Assembly: GCA_973895155.1 (NCBI GenBank)
Contig: OZ316891.1
Coordinates: 6,543,708-6,607,707, forward strand
Length of the DNA: 64,000 nt
DNA from: Marsupella aquatica
Taxonomy: Eukaryota; Plantae; Marchantiophyta
Direction of reading: 5' to 3'
Shown here: in pieces, positions 51,718 to 64,000 of the stretch
How the letters are laid out: each line of letters opens with the position of its first letter
Numbering within the stretch: the first letter of the stretch is position 1
Notes under the pieces: generated by a model
Told to the model about the DNA's origin: nothing
Seen by the model: the letters and a program-made list of their open reading frames with translations, nothing else
Databases searched by the model: none
Position numbers and translations under genes: made by a program

Positions 51718-54700
51718 GGTTAAGTTAAGGGTCATAGGTGGTATGTTGCATATCAAAGGGCACTACATATGGCCTTTGGCCACATTTTGTATTTGCACCA
51801 CAACCAATATTATTTCATTTTTGCACACCCCTAGCCCATTTTTGTGTGTGTTCTCTTTGCAATATAACTTTCAATTGTTTGCTTTGTTTTTAGAATGTGC
51901 GACCCTCTCCAAATATGTTACCACGGAGATTGAGAGCAACATATCGAGAAATGGGTATGCCAGAAGAAGGACATGGATCAGAGTCACACTCCTCATCAAG
52001 TGCTAGTGGAAGCAGTAACCCTGATGAAGAGGTACCTCGGACGGATGAACAAGTAACTGATGACCAGGATAGAGCCATGGATGACTTTATGGTTGATTGG
52101 TTTGGTGCCAACAACCTTGGTGATGACCTTCCCAATGAAGGGCAGGTGCCCCCCAATGATCCACGCCCAAGGCATACCCCTGAGGGACAACGCCAATGGG
52201 AAGAAGCAGAGGAACATGCCCGAACACCTATCTATGAGGGTGCTCGTTTGAGTCGTCTTTCAGCCATCTTGGGGTTGATGAACCTACAGGCCAAACACAA
52301 TGCAAGCAATGCCTTGTTATCTGATATGTTTGCACTTTGCCATGACCTTATGTTGCCCACTGAGAATGTGTTGCCAGCAACTTGGAAGGAGGCAAAGAGT
52401 GTTCTCTCATCTATTGGCATGGAATATCATATTGTTCATGCATGTGTGAATGATTGCATGTTATTTCATGGGGCCAATGCAAACATGACACAATGTACAA
52501 CATGTGATGAGCCTCGCTATGACCCCAACATGCTAACAAAGAAGGTGCCAAGGAAGGCTGTTCGTTGGTTTCCCATCATTCCTCGGTTGTTGCACATGTA
52601 TCGGTGTTCTGACTTGGCAGAGTTGATGGTATGGCATAAGATTCATCGACCAGAGTCTGGTGTCATGCGGTTGCCAGTTGACTCCCCTGCTCACAAACAT
52701 ATTGAGGCAACATGGCCAGACTTTGCACATGATCCTCGCCATGTGAGGCTAGGATTGGCATCTGATGGAGTTAGCCCTCATTCACTTGGAGGAAAGGGGC
52801 AACCTACATCAGTTTGGCCTGTGGTTGTCATGAATTATAACCTCCCACCATGGCTATCCATGAAGAAGGGGTTCCTTTTATTGTCTTTGATTATCCCAGG
52901 TCCAAAAAAGGTGAAGAACTTTGACACTTACTTGGCACTATTGGTTGGAGAACTTCAAAAATTATGGAATGGAGTGTGGGCATATGATGGCAGGAAAATT
53001 ACAGGAGGTTTTCCACGTGTCTTTCAATTGAGAGGGATCATTTGTTGGACAATGCATGACTATCCTGGTAAGATGACTTCCATGCCATTTGCAACCCTTC
53101 AATAATGTGTAGTTCCTATTGATGTTTCTCATGTGACAACCCTAACATAAAGTTTGCATGGTTTGATTTCTTCTATGTAAGCAGGGTTTGGTTTTGTCTC
53201 TGGATTGCAAACTCAGGGGTACAAAGCTTGCTCTACTTGTGGCCCAAGCTTAGAGGACATGGCCACATATTGTTCATGGATTAGAAAGATTGTTTATATT
53301 GGGCATACAAAGTTTCTTCCCATGGGGCATGAGATGAGGTTTGACCCACTTCTATTCTCCTCCTTTGACATGCCATTTGGTGATGAGCGTGAAATTCCTG
53401 ACGCAACAAGTTTTGCACATTGGAAGTCACTAGCTAATAGGGTGGCAGACCCAAATGATTCCTTCACCTTTGATAGGACAGGTTTGACCAGGTGGAGTAT
53501 ACTAGCCACTTTGCCCTATTGGTCTGAGTTGAAGATCCACCATCTTTTAGACCCCATGCACATAGAGGGAAATGTGGGGAAGGCTTTGATAAAGCATTTT
53601 TATGGGGAGAAGGACACTAATTTTAGGGAGGCATGCGAGGAGATGGAAATGCATCCAGATGTTTGGGTGACAATTGATCCTATCACAGGTGTGGAGAATC
53701 GTCCTTCTGCTCCTTGGGTGTTGAGTGTTGGCCAAAGACGTGAATTTCGGAACCGTATAGGAGAGATGCGGTTTCCTACAGGCTATGGTGCCAACCTTCG
53801 AAAAGCTTTTGGGATGGAGGACAATCACAAGTGGCCACGATATCTGAAGACACATGACTATCATCGCCTATTGCAGCATATATTGCCAGTGGCAATTATA
53901 GGTATAGGGAGTGAAGAAGTGCAAGATGCCATCTGGTCATTGGGTCGTTTGTTGAGATGGATATGCTCAAAGGAGATATATGTAGAAGAGATCCCTGGGA
54001 TGGAGGTATTGGCAGTTGAGGTGGTATGCAAGTTGGAGAAAGCCCTTCCTCCTTCCTTCTTTGATTGTCAGGTTCATTTACTTGTGCATCTTGTGCGGGA
54101 GGTTGCCATTGCAGGTCCAGTGCATTGTAGATGGATGTATTGGCTTGAGCGTTACATGGCGATGTTGAAGGCTTATGTACGTAACCGTGCACGGGTGGAG
54201 GGAAGCATAGCTACAGGATACTTGGCAGCATAGAGTATGTTTTATTGTAGTAACATCTTGGCCACCATTGATCCTACTTGTCCACGTACTTGGATGGAGG
54301 AAAGAGAAGAGGAGGAGGACCGTTTAACAGGTGCCACAAAAACAAGCATGTTGACATCAACAGAGTGGTCACAGTTGACAACATTTATGTTGAGTAATAG
54401 TAATATCATGGAGAAATGGAGAGAGTTTTATGAGAATGCCAAGAGAACAAGTCAAAGAGCAAGAATTTTTCCTAAGATGCATGAGTATATGAAGCAAAAG
54501 TTGCTTGAGTTGGATGACATGGTGACACAAGGAGGAGATGTGTCCCACTTTCCTACCATCACAGATGACGTTCGGACCATTGTTCATGGCCCTTTGAGAG
54601 TGGTGACATCCAAGACGGCTATGTGGACACAAGGGAGACACTTCAGGTCCACTAGTACCTAACCTTTCTTCCTCTATTAATTCATGTAGACCTTATTTTG

Positions 54701-55384
54701 ATTAGTTATTTCTATTGTTTAAAAACTTTCTATTATTATTAATGACATCTATAACTGTAATGTTGGCTTCTATATTTATGCCATAGGCCATGTGGGTTTT
54801 GGCTATTTAGGGATGGGTGTCATATTTTGATGATTATTACATTAATGGTATCTTTTACAGTGTAATAAAAATTTGTGGGTTTTGTTAATTTTAGGGTTTC
54901 TTCCCTTGATGAGAAGAGGGGTCGTACTTTTGATTGTGGAGTTCAAGGGGAATTTTCTCAAGACTCCAGAAGCAGCCGCCATGACAGGAACATTGTTCGA
55001 GATGTTGTGCCACACTATGGGAAGATAGAGGAGATCTTGGTGGTATCATATGACAACCATTCAAAGTTTGAGGAATATGTCTTCAAGTGCAAGTGGTTCA
55101 AAGTGAACCTTGTTGGTCAAAATTGCACTGTACTTCAAGATGAGAGTGGGTTTACACGGTTGAAGACAAGTGCCACTAGTGTTCAAGCATCTCATTGGCA
55201 AACGTCAGAACCATTTTCTTTCCCATCACACTTGGAGCAATGTTTCTACATTCCATACCCCTTAGACATCGAGTGGTCAATTGTCATCACCTATGTGCCA
55301 CGTTCTCGTTCCATTGTTTCTGAGAAGCCAGATGTTATTGTATCAGACCTAGATGACCTTGAGGCCGATGAGGACCAAGTGTGA
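50566..55384 (+). pseudogene. CACTA TnpD-type transposase; exons 50566-50799, 51894-53067, 53185-54646, 54895-55384; stop at 54231
   Basis: CECSRC...HIERYG N-terminal motif; HACVNDC, RLGLASDG, YNLPPW, HDYPG, LDPMHIEGN, LKTHDYH, FFDCQVHLLVHL, WMYWLER, YGKIEEI, FKCKWF. Confidence 0.93.
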
Positions 55385-56936
55385 GGGACATATTTATATG
55401 CACTTGGGTCCAGCCTAGACATTTGTTCATGTTTGGTGATATAAAAAAAAGGATTGTCTATATTTATATTTGCCATTCACTTTTGAATGAATCATACTCA
55501 TGACATATGTATTGTATTGTTTTATTGTGATCACTTGTGAATTTTACATGCAACTTTCTATCTAACCTCTGTTGCTCAATATAACTTTATTTCCTACTTA
55601 TTCCATAATTTTCATTCTCACCCTCGTGTTTCCCTCCTCCGTGGTACGTCTGTCCCTCCTCCTCCCTTCCTCTTTCTCCTCCCTCCTTCCTCTTCCATTG
55701 TACTCCCTCCCTTTTCCATCCTTCATTGTACCTCCCTCCATCCTCCCTTCCTCTTCCCTCCTGCCCCATCCATATATTGGACCATCCACCCTTTTCATTG
55801 TCTCACCTCACAATAACCTTAATTTTTAGTTTGCGAACAATTTGCAAAGCTCACAAACTCTCACCGGACTCGCAATTTATATGAAGCTTCTCGTTTCTCA
55901 ATATTTCCATACTACACTCTTCGCAAACTTGTGAAGCAAAATAAATCACAAATTTCATATTTTCAGCGTTTCGCAAATCTTCCATCCTCCGACATTCTTA
56001 AACTTGTCAAACAACTACTATCGCAAAACATTTTCAATCCAATATTCTTCGCAAATATTTACATGAGTTAGTTTCGGAGTCGGCGAGCAATTTTTCCGTC
56101 TTCGGAAGGTGCCTTTCCATTCGACGCATTTCGGTAAAAATTGCAAAACCACTTACTTCGCAATTTATTAGCGATATAATGCGCTTCAGCTATTATATTT
56201 GCGATAGGGATAGAATCGCAAATTGCGATGCGGGTTGATTCGCAAAATATGCAAAGCGCCGCCCATCGGAAATACAAGAGCGTCGACAAAAATACCTTTG
56301 CAAAAGTGTCAAATATGTTGTAGTGTTAGTTGGTCTTCCGTGCAACACACGAGGCTCCCCTAAAGATGCTCTCATAAAACACACAAGGAAAATGCATAAA
56401 CAAACTATAATCACCAACAAGATATAATCACACTAGAAACATGAACGAACATTATAAACATACAATGACATATATACACCACAATAATTACATTAAATAG
56501 ACAGTGAATACATGATAGAGAATTTTACCTTCATTATCACTAGAAACAATAAGAGATCATTTTCTACTATCGAGCTTGGAACTTGTGCGATACTAGAGTG
56601 ATGTGCCATCCATGTAGTCATCATGCTTGCCAACTCCTTCACAATGGCTTTCAATTCATCGACATCCAATTGCACAGCCCCAATGGTAGTGATCTCTTCT
56701 TTTGAATGTGGGGTCTCTAAATGACTCACAAACCAACTCAACATTCTCACTGTCAAACTAACAAACTTGAATGTGGGGTCTGTAAATGACTCACAAACCA
56801 ACACAACATTCTCACTGTCAAACTAACCAACAACTCAACATTCTGTCAAATAGAAAATGATGTACAAATTAGATTGGAATGACAATACTCACAGCTGATC
56901 CATGTCTGTACCTCGCACCAATCCATGTCTGTACCT

Positions 56937-59162
56937 CGCACCATAGATGCTGTCGCCAGTCTTCTTCCCGTCACTACTTTTGCTCGTGGATAGACTTGAT
57001 GTCTCGATCAAAAAACTCTTGAGTCTCTACAATGCCTCCTCTTCACCTCCTACCAGTAGAGCCCCTCCGTATGGAGTACTTTTCTCCTGCTTAGCAAGAA
57101 TGTGAAAACTCAATGCCAGGCATTCAAATCAAGTTGAATTCTCTCTAAATGGGAAGTCAATGATAACGCTAAATCGCCCCTAGGAAAGGGCCACTCTTAT
57201 GAGTTGAGTCTAACATTTTTCCCTTTCTCCCTCAGATATATCTGTGAGAGAGGTTGTGGGGTGAAGAGACAATCCGACTTCACTCGCTTCACACCTTACT
57301 TAAACCAAATACTCCAGCTTAGCCAAGTACAAATCTAAAATCAACTCCCAACAGGAAGTGGCAAAGAAAGATCACAAAAGCCACCCTTTCCGGTGTTGAA
57401 AACAAGGTTAAGAGGTGAAAAATGCATCTGGAGCAGAAAACGCAGAACTCCTCAGGGGATATAGAGAACAATACTAACCTGAAGACCATTAAGAGTCTGC
57501 AGTCTACACATACATTAGGTTCTCACCAAATTCAATAGACACAAATCTAACAAAAAGAAGACTACAGTCGGCACGTGATTATGTTTGGTGCAAAATTGTC
57601 TTACTACGAGAGATAGGAATAATTTTCCTCACAAGTCCTTTTAAGGTTTAAGTGCGCTGTAAAATATAATGTCACGCATGATCCTCCCCTTCATGAAGGA
57701 AACAACATAGAGACCTAGAACTGCAATATTGTATACAGAAAAGTCTCCATATTTGCAGCTATGCATTGATTGAATGTGAGTGGTACGCGTTTCAATTACC
57801 TATGGCGATCAGTAACTTACAGAAGTTGGAACTTGTTTGAAACTTAAGAAAACACAAAAGAACTAGTACTTGGGGGAAGAAGGGATAGGCACCTCCACCA
57901 TCCCCATTGCATTCCCCATCCTGTTATATTCGTAATACTAATACAGATTCTTGATTGGGTTGGTCTATATCTTTATTCAAATTCACCTTGCCCACAGCAA
58001 CCCAAGGGTTTGAAAGTTAACATAGGTTTTACCATGCCCAAGATCCTGAGAGAAGCACAGATAACACGACAAAACTCCAATCACATGACTCGAAAAATAT
58101 GCTCTTGCTTACTAACGGGTGAGGGCTTCACGTTCAAACACAAACAGATCCTCAGCTAAAAAATGAAACATAATTCGATGAGATTGGTGAGTAGATGATG
58201 CCATTGTCTCTTAAACAAATGAGACAATATAACTTACTGGTCGCTTGGCAGAAGTTGGATTCAATCCTAGGTCTTGAAGGGATGGAATATCTCCAGCCTT
58301 GACGCTGCCACGATTAGGAAACCCTTTCAGCTGCTTGGCAGCAGGTATAGTAGCTCTCACTTCCAATTGCTGTACTTTCTCTCTAAAGCCACCATAGTTG
58401 GAAGGCATTTCGTCCAGCTTGAACGGAAGGTCATCAATGTGGAACAAGGTACTTCCCCAAAAGAATTTTGGGTCCACTCCTTTCTCCTTCAGTGCAGCAG
58501 TGACCTTCGTGATCTCGGCAACCATCTCCTCGATAGCCACTTCTCGGTGAGCGTAAAGGGCATCGGCTCCAACACTCTTTGCTAGCGTGACTAACACCTC
58601 CTCGGGCTTCCCAATTCTCACGATCAGCTCCGAGCCTCTTTGCCTCAAATTCTCTCACAATTTGGCCACAAATTCCAAAAGAAACTTAGCTCTGTATGGG
58701 CCGGTTTTGTCGAATCCCGATGACGATTTTCCATAGTCACGAGGATCAAAGCAGTAGATGGGGAGAATTGACACAGATTCATTGCTGGCATTGACCAGAG
58801 CCTCATTGTTGTGGACACGCAGATCGTTCCTAAACTAGACAATAGTAGCCCTTTGCAGGCCAGCGGGGTTCTTGGGTTCCCCCAAAATTGCGATCCCTGA
58901 GCCTTTGGTACTCTGGAAATGGGGAGATGAAGCTCGCAAGCTTGCTGCCATTGTGCACACTCTGAAGGGGGGCAGTGGCAGCCACCAGCACCTTGGCGGA
59001 GCCCACAACAGGGCTGGGATTCAGAGCGCTCCTGGAAGACGTGTCCGCTGGCTTGGCAAACCCCACCTTCTTGGCTTTCGATGATGATTGACCACCAACA
59101 GCCAGGTTGACAAGATGAGTCAATGGAGGGACAACAACATTGAGAGAAAGCACGGAGTCCAT
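56937..59162 (-). pseudogene. PHR2: Captured 5' fragment of photolyase/blue-light receptor PHR2 (exon 1 ~59162-58238, exon 2 57086-56937, truncated)
   Basis: IV*FRNDLRVHNNEAL, CFDPRDYGKSSSGFDKTGPYRA, FFWGSTLFHIDDLPF, MPSNYGGFREKV; exon 2 LVGGEEEAL*RLKSF...DSIYGA; stops and frameshifts. Confidence 0.85.
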
Positions 59163-61299
59163 GGCCAAGCTCAGAGACGCTGCCCCGGGACAGGATTGGG
59201 TGCCAGGCCATACACAAGAACCTCCGTCCGACCATCATGACGATCACCACCATCTTCTGCCAATTCTGCTCGTCCACCAGAAGGATCCGAAGACCGAAAA
59301 TTCCTCACTGGCATTTTTTGTGGCTGACTTCCAAAAATGGCAAGAGATGGCGCATCACCAACGATTCCTGCTATCCAGGTTCGTATCCAATATGAGCTTG
59401 AGATCTTGGAAGTCTGCCATCTCCCTCTCTAGCCCGTGCCTACTGCCCTGCACGCTGTGAACATGAGTATGGTGTGTGTTGTTGTGAACGTGTTCTTCTG
59501 TCAATATGTGGAATAGTAGGACAGGAAAAGTGTAATGTGGGTAGGGTTTACCCTAAATGAAAGTTACGTAACACATGTGCACTAACAGACAATGGGAACA
59601 TTCAATCTGACTGGATCCTTTAAGACAACACATATATTGCAGGCACATGTAAAGCTCCACGAACATTGAGACAGGGTCGGAAAGCGGGTCCAGGTTGTGA
59701 TTAAGAGAAAGAAACAGAGAGAAACCCCAGCTCCAGCCATCGCTTGAGCACACATTTGCTTACCCTTAAAGCCCGAACTTGCTCCCACAAATGTAAGTCC
59801 TTAGTTCCTCCCACCACCGTTTGACAATGGCTGTTGCACTGCAAAGACAGTGCAACGAAGCTCCCCTTCCAACAATGGACAGCTACCGCAGCTCCTCAGC
59901 TCCCACAGCTCCTCCGCTATGGAACCTCTTGTAGCTGCTTGCCGATCGCAGCTCATCCTCACCCGCTCCTCACCACTCCTCTCACTCCTCAATCTCCAGT
60001 AGCTTGTCGCCGACTACAGGTCGTCACGGATTGCCTTGAACCCTTGAACTCCCGCAGCTCCTCCCTGACGGCAGCTCAATGATCACAATCTTAGCTGCAC
60101 AACCCAAGCCTTGAGCACGCCTCACACCTCATCTGACCAAGCTACGAAGGCACAACGTAGCCAGGATCGATGGCCATGTAAACCGTGTGAGGAGGCCGTC
60201 GACGCTACGCAACCCTCACCAATGTGCTAAGCACCCTAAAGCAGAGAGCACTCAGTAATGTGGTGTGCCAAGAAAGCCAAACATTGAACGTCAAATCTCG
60301 ACGGAAGCACGGAGGGAGGGAGCAGGCGCAGGCGTAGGCGCAAGTAGAAGGAACGGACAGCGGACGTGCTTATGATGATAAGCTAGGCACTCGGGACCAC
60401 CCTCAACATTGTCGTCGCGGTTGCGCTCCACATTGCCCTTCAGCACGATGTTTCTCGAAAGGAATGGAATGACCTAAGCACTCAGGACTGCCCTCCGTTG
60501 CGCTCTACATTGGCCTGCTGCACGACGTTTCTTGGTAGAAATGAATGCAACCACACCAAGATCAAATAATTATGTGTCCTACCTGTAAGTGCTTTGTTAC
60601 AAAGTAAAATTGACTGCGGGAATCCTCTCGTTTACATGCGATAGTCCTCCCACAATGCAGGGCGTCATCTCAGCCGTCGGCATTTGTGTAGGTGTCATCA
60701 ACACTGTTAATATAAAAATAATGTTAATGATATAAGAGGTCCTTTTAGACCAAGGGGAAACCTTGAATTGGTAGTTTTCTAAAGCTCTAGTTATGGCTCA
60801 AGAACACATTGACCCTAAATCCATAACTCGCCCCTCATTTAAACAAATTAATCCTTCATGGCAGGTGGAGGTGTTGCTGATGACACTAGTGTAACTATGT
60901 AACACCATTTTTTTGGGTGATAGATTATGTCTGAAAAATATATATCATTCCAAATGTTAGCATTTCATAGCTCTCCACTGGGTGACTCAAATAATAGAAA
61001 ACCCTCATTGACAATCGACTCAAACACATTTCTAGGGCAACTATTAGTTTTGTAGTAATGAGTATATTATGTGTACTCTAAACCCTCTACTCCTGGGTTG
61101 TGTGGTAAATATCCAGCTCCACGGATGGGTCATTTGTATAGGTATTGAATGACATCACGACAGACAATTCTAATGACTACATCCAACATGATAGCCCTAA
61201 TGACCTTATTTCCTGTCATTGGCATTTATGCAACATCATTAATTGCAAATACTCCAATAAAGGACCTTAGGGTACCTCCAAAGAACCCACCAAATTCCA

Positions 61300-64000
61300 A
61301 AACCAATAGTCCTCCAAAGTATTCAATAAACCAAGCCCCTCTAGCTCCTAGCCCCAAGTGTCATTTGTGTAGGTCCTGAATGAAATTGTAAGGAGTTACC
61401 TCTCTTATGACTCCGTATGTCGTCATTTGGTCTACATGACCCTACATATGACAACCCCAATGATTGGCCTAAATGACTGCATAGGGGACCCCTTAAATGA
61501 CCCAAAGTCCAGTCATTTGACTTATATGACATTCCATATGACCAATTTTCAGACCCTAATTGTAGTCATTGGTATTTATGACACAAATTGGTTTGGAAAT
61601 GACCCAATGAAGGGCCTAGTACCTCCAAAGAGAGCGTGTTCCGTATTCCTTGAAAAACTGGAATATTCCTATATCTTTATACTAAAGAGGGAAGCACATG
61701 GACCATAGAAGGAAGCACCACAACCAGGCCCATTCCATTCGAGTTGCACTACGTCTTGGAGAAACAAACCAAATGGCTCCATTTGCCTTTGGAACATAAG
61801 ATATCCATCCATGATGACGATCTTGGAAAATCGTTCCAAAGCCATACGACTTGGGAGTGATTTCCCCAAAGTTCCATCATGCCTTACTAGTGGAGGGTAA
61901 GCACAAAAACATACCTTAACATTAATTATGGCATAACTAGTGGTGGAGAATAGTAAGTAGAGTGTCCAGCGCCTAGTGGAGGGGTTGCAAGCATTATGTG
62001 GGCCACATGGCACTCTAGGGCCCGCGTTTAGCCCCTAGCCCCAAATTGGTTATTTGTGCTTCCCCTAAATGACTACCCAAGGGACCCCTCAAATGACCAC
62101 AATTCCAGTCATTTGACTTAAATGACATCGAATGTGACCATTTTAATGACCCTACGTGTAGTCCATGGTATTTATGACATAGTTTTGTTTAGAAATGACC
62201 CAATGAAGCCCTAGTACCTCCAAACAGACCCCATTGTAGATTCTTTGCAAAAATGGAATATTCCTATACCTTTAACCAGCACACATACCGTAGAGGGAAG
62301 CACCACTACCATGCCCATTCCATTGGTGTTGCACTACCTCTTGGAGGAACAAACCAAATGGATCCATTTGCCTTTGGAATATAAGATATTCATCCATGAT
62401 GGTGGTGTTGGCAAATCACTCCAAAGCCGTATGACTTGGGAGTGATTTCCCCAAGGTTGTATCATCCCTTAAGTAATTGCAAAAACATGGCTTCAAAGTG
62501 CTCATGGCGCAACTAGTGGTTGGAGAATAGTAAGTATAGTGTCTCACACCTAGTGGAAAGGTTGCCAGTTCCATATAGGGCCCCATGACACTCTAGGGCC
62601 CACTTCCAGCCCTTAGCCCCAAACTCCCCAAACTGGTCATTTATGCTTGTCCATAATGACACCATGAGGGATCTCCCTAATGACAACATCTTTAGTCATT
62701 TGGTCCAAATGACCTCTAAAATGACAACCAAATTGACCCTTATTGCAGTCATTGGCATTAATGACACACCATTTCGTGAAAATGACCCAATGAAGATTAC
62801 ACTACCTCTCGGAGTGCCCCTCACAATTCCTTTGCAATTTAATAGAACATTCCTCATCTAAACATCGGGTCAAACATGACATAGTTTTATAGAAGGACGA
62901 TAGTTTATCGGGCAAACATGACTAGTAAATTGCACTATATAAATATCTTGGAGAGACAAAAACAATTGGTGTTTGCCTTTGGATAGGATGGTATGCATGC
63001 ATGGTGACACTTTTGGCAAATGACTCCAAAGTTGTATGACTTGGGAGTGATTTTCCCAAAGTTCTATCATGCCTAAAGTAAATGCAAAAACACGGCTCCA
63101 AAGTGCTAATGGTGCAACTAGTGGTTGGAGAATAGTAAATATAGTATTTGGCACCTAGTGGAGGGGTTGCAAGCTCTATGTGGGGCCACATGGCACTCTA
63201 GGGCCCACCTTCAGCCCCTAGCCCCAAACTGGCCATTTGTGCTTCTGTTTAATGACTGCACAAGGGACCCATCAATTGACCACAAATCCAGTCACTTGAC
63301 TTATATGACTTCTCATATGACAGTTTTAATGACTCTACTTTTAGTCATTGGCATTTATGACGGGCCATTGCTCACATATGACCCAATAAAGGACCTAGTA
63401 CCTCCACAAAGAGCCCACTTTAGATTCCTTGCAAGGTTAGAATATTCCTCTACCCTAAACCAGCACACACACCATATAGGGAAGCACAACAACCACGCCC
63501 TTACCCTAAACCCTGCTGCACTACCTCTTGGAGAACAAAAATAGCACTTTTGTTTTCATTTGGATGTGATGGTATGCGCCCATTTGACATTTTTGACAAA
63601 TCACTCCAAAGTCGTATGATTTAGGAGTGATTTCCCCTAGGGTGCATCATGCCTTAAGTAAACGCAAAAACATGTGTCCAAAGTGTTTATGTCGCAACTA
63701 GTGGTTGGACAATGATGAGATAGTGTCCCGCACCTAGTGGAGGGGTTCTTAGCTCTATGTGGGGCCCCATGGCACCCTAGGGCCCACCTCCAGCCCCTAG
63801 CCCCAAACTGGTCATTTGTGCTTCTGCTTAATGACTGCACAAGGGACCCCTCAAATGACCACAAATCCAGTCATTTGACTTATGTGACAGCCCATATGAC
63901 AGATTTAATGACCCTACTTGTAGTCATTGGTATTTATGACACCAATTTTTTTAGAAATGACTCAATGAAGATTACACTACCTCCTTGAGTGCCCCGTCAC
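61300..64000. repeat. ~580-605-bp ATGAC-rich tandem repeat, at least 4 copies
   Basis: Anchor ACTAGTGG(T)TGGA...CCTAGTGGA at about 61936, 62513, 63118 and 63697. Confidence 0.88.

Larger units (their letters stand above)
46637..56325. mobile_element. Inner 9.7-kb CACTA element
   Basis: TIR CACTACAACA...TGTTGTAGTG; TSD tca/tta; TCGCAA/TTGCGA subterminal repeats at both ends; transposase inside. Confidence 0.9.
42147..64000. mobile_element. Outer CACTA (En/Spm) element, Pack-type; right end probably beyond the window
   Basis: Begins CACTAGTAGAAAA followed by dense ATGAC/GTCAT subterminal repeats; the same motifs dominate 61100-64000. Confidence 0.6.

Noticed and set aside
61149-63988. ORFs of 60-140 aa in the terminal region
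   Set aside because: Recurring translations of the ~590-bp tandem repeat.

Overview
Eukaryotic land-plant genomic DNA (GT-AG introns, plant TE families; probably a seed-free plant, inferred only), almost entirely nested transposons. (1) About 1-19 kb: a large decayed DNA transposon whose left end is probably outside the window. It has a Sola-like DDE transposase on the minus strand facing three plus-strand cargo genes: an F-box-like protein, a spliced gene ending in a bacterial-type beta-class N4-cytosine/N6-adenine DNA methyltransferase, and a Ulp1/C48 protease split by a 7.6-kb satellite-filled intron. About 20 long GGGAT(A/C)C palindromes are spread through it. This is the best candidate for an undescribed system. 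(2) About 19-37 kb: a LINE fragment, an orphan SERGT1-like exon, and a non-canonical NB-ARC-ARM/TPR NLR-like gene disrupted by a full-length Ty1/copia element. (3) About 37-64 kb: a MITE, a 2.56-kb solo LTR, a TIR element and an outer CACTA. The outer CACTA holds a TTAA-flanked insert, a captured PHR2 fragment and an inner 9.7-kb CACTA, whose transposase first intron carries an in-phase SET-domain exon. Almost all ORFs have stops or frameshifts. All family assignments are from motif recognition by eye, with no database searches.
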